Shown here: positions 61,180 to 64,000 of the stretch, in pieces
Numbering within the stretch: the first letter of the stretch is position 1
How the letters are laid out: every line of letters begins with the position of its first letter
Assembly (NCBI GenBank): GCA_013265495.1
Contig: MU063601.1
Location: 62,001 to 126,000 of the forward strand
Length of the DNA stretch: 64,000 nucleotides
Direction: 5' to 3'
DNA from: Vicugna vicugna
Taxonomy: Eukaryota
Notes under the pieces: generated by a model
The model's database searches: none
What the model saw: the letters and a program-made list of their open reading frames with translations, nothing else
Told to the model about the DNA's origin: nothing
Position numbers and translations under genes: made by a program

Positions 61180-62130
61180 TGATTTACTTTGAAGTATTTG
61201 AGCACCTGCCATATACTACACACTATTCTAAGCACTGAGGATATAGTGGCAAATATGACAAACACTGCTCTATAGGGTTTAAGTTCTAGAGAGGACAGGA
61301 TAGAGAGGTGCACGGATAAGTAATACACTTTGAGGCAGCGATTAGTACTATAAAGACAGGAAGAAAGTAGACTAGGTAAGGGGCTAGTGACTGGCTATGT
61401 ATGCAGTTAGATGGGGGGGGGGTCAGGGAAGGTCTCTGAAGAAGTGAAGGAGCCTACTGTGGGCAAATGCTATGTGAAGGTGGAAGCACTTTCCAAGCAG
61501 CATGTGTCAGCTTGAAATCTTCATATATTCAGGAAGTAGCAATGGTTAGTATGGCTGAAGTATAGCAAGGAGTGAAGAAATTTAGGCAGAGGCCAAATGG
61601 TGTTGATTTGGTGAGGCTGGGAAGATTGGGGTTGTATTGTCAGGGTTTTGCATATCATAGCATGAAATCTGAAAGTCTGTTGTTTTTCAATAAGGAGGAA
61701 ACATCAGACTCAACTATGTGGTTTATTCAAAATATCCGTATCGAGGCACACTAAAGTCATACTGAATCAGAGTCTCGAGTTGGGAATCTGCTTTGGGCAA
61801 TGGGGAGCCTCTGAAGTTTGGCAAACTCAGCAACTATATGGTCAGATCTGTGCTCAAAAATTTTATTCAAGAAGGTCCTTAAATTTTAGAGGCCATACCT
61901 ATTACATAAAGTCAGTGGCTGATTTGTACTGTGCATGCAATAAATATTGAATGAGAATGACTTGGAGAGAGTAGAAGCTAAGAGACCATTTATGGCTAGT
62001 GGGTTGATGATGGCTTGTGACAGGCCAGGACAGAGTGTTTTTAGTGTTCAGGACTCTGTCCCCGTAGCTGTTTGGGGGTCGGAACAGTCAGGAAGATGGA
62101 GGAGCAAGGGGATAACACTAGTCAACATCT
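61180..62130 (-). mobile_element. L2 fragment(s) downstream of the gene
   Basis: TATTTGAGCACCTGCCATATAC...CACTATTCTAAGCACTGAGGATATAG and further antisense L2 text. Confidence 0.7.
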
Positions 62131-64000
62131 GTTGAGTATGACTGGGCTCAGAATTTCACATGCATTATCTTATTTAATCATAGGCTTCCACTTATTGCTA
62201 ACCCCATTTTATAGATGAGCAAACTGAGAAGTGAAATCATAAGCAGCAGGTGGCTGGGGCAATATTTGAAATTAGGCCTGATTCTAAAATTGGTACTTAA
62301 CTGTTGGGCTGTCCTGCTACAGTAGAATGGGAAGAGGTTTATGTTCAGCACCTTGCTATGGGTTTTTGCACTCAATGAGTTCCTATTAACTGAGCTACAT
62401 CTTTACATTAAGTGTGTGGGGTGGGAGAGGGAAGAGCACGTGTGTCCATGTGTACAGCAGTGCTGTCTAGGCAGTGGATTTAACTTGTGCAATCTGTGTG
62501 TCATGGGCCCTACCAGTAACAAACCAGGACATTTGAAGTGTGCTTTATAGTTTATAATTGGCTTCCTATTACTGTTGGCTGGTTCTCCTGCACAGAGTAT
62601 TACTCCAGGATTGGTATTTGATTTAAGAAATTTTCAAATTGATTTTATCTTCAGTGCATTAATGCGTGGCCTAAATTCCTGCAGAGGCATTAGATAACCA
62701 GCCTGGACATGCTTTAGCAATCGTAACTGGATCTGAGTTGGCAGTGCTACAGCTTTTACTCAGCATAGATAAATCATCTTTCTGAAAACATTTTTCTACC
62801 TAAGCCCTGTGAGTTATTTTTTAGGGCACCTCAAGTTTAGGCCCCTTGAAATCGGAATATATTCCCCAAATCATGCTAAGACCCTCCGCAAACAGGAATT
62901 TGTTAACATGAGTAGTTTAATCTCTATCTTCCTGTCAGAATGGAACACAGAAATATTCAAGGAATGGTGTGGAAATCAGCTTAATTTTCAAGGGTGCACA
63001 ATTGTAATGCCTTTTAAAATCTGGAAATAGGAATTTGACTCCAGTAATGAAAACGCTATAAACGTAACTGAGTACATGGAAAACTGGGGGACGTTCTGCA
63101 CTTTCATGAGGATTAGTATGGGTAAATGGTTTTAGTGAAACTTTTTTTCGGCTCTAGAAGTGCAGAACAGATCACAGCTGCATGAAAATATCAATTAATC
63201 ATCTTATAATGCTTTTATGCAAATGATTATATTTGACTTTAATTTAGAGTTGCCATTAACACCTGGAATCCTAAGATTGATGACAGGTAAACTTTTAATA
63301 AATCCATAAATTAAAAGATTTGAATCATGTTTAGATTAATTTATAGTACCTTTATTCGTACTGCAAATCCTCTTAAAATCTAAAAATCCGCAGGATGAGA
63401 CAGGAAATAGAGAAAAGGAGACAGCCTCTGAACTTACCAATTTTTTTTGGTGGTAAAAAAGGATGACTTAGAAATGTTAAACCCTGCAAGTGTTTTTTCT
63501 GCCCTTTGCAATAATTTGCCTAGGTGATAGGCCTATGTGTCCTGTAGAAGACTTATTTTCTCATGCCCCGAGACAAGACTTTTTTTTTGTTTTGTTTTGT
63601 TTCTAGTGAAGGTTTTTCTTCTTGTGCACACTCCCTGTTTAAAAAAATATTTTTTTTCAGAATGAAAGTCAAAATTGGCTTATGCTAGAAGTTTTGGGAA
63701 ATATTGAGGAAGTGAAGGAAAAAACCTCATTGTCCTGCCATCCAGAGACAACCATTGTTAATATTATGATGTATTTCTTTCACCTCCTGACCTCACTCCC
63801 ATGTACAGTTGTAATTGTATAATTAGGTATCTTCCTTTTGCGCTTACATAGCCACAATAATATTTACAATTTATTGAAACTTTACCATGTGCCAGGCACT
63901 GTGCTTAGTGTTTAAGTGTATTATCTTTGGGTGGTAGGTAATATTATCTTCATTTTACAGATTAGGACATGGGAAGGGTACGTACCTTGCCCAGTATCAC

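Noticed and set aside
60140-64000. A further gene downstream of PTP4A2
   Set aside because: Only L2/MIR fossils and short ORFs without homology; no exon-like segment recognised.

Overview
Mammalian genomic DNA, very likely a camelid (alpaca/llama/camel), judged from six tRNA-Ala-derived Vic-1-type SINEs. The right half holds the whole PTP4A2 (PRL-2 phosphatase) gene on the + strand: CpG-island promoter and exon 1 (~34.0-34.9 kb), a 14 kb intron 1, five coding exons (ATG at 49418) and a ~2.5 kb 3' UTR ending near 60.13 kb. Six of the seven N gaps fall on PTP4A2 exons, so the catalytic loop, the CAAX box and most of the 5' UTR cannot be read. Bases 1-4309 are the 5' part of a decayed gamma-like (class I) ERV on the - strand: LTR with a 23-bp CCAAT array, long leader, gag joined directly to the end of RNase H by a large deletion, dead integrase. 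Bases 4.3-34 kb are upstream intergenic DNA rich in L1, L2, MIR, MLT1 and SINE fossils, with a second CpG island at ~30.4 kb and several enhancer-like blocks. I cannot demonstrate a new biological system. The best leads are the exon-tracking gaps, retroposed poly(A) signals around the first coding exon, the LTR CCAAT array, the ERV deletion junction and a hairpin cluster in the 3' UTR. Repeat subfamily names and most repeat boundaries are by eye and approximate.
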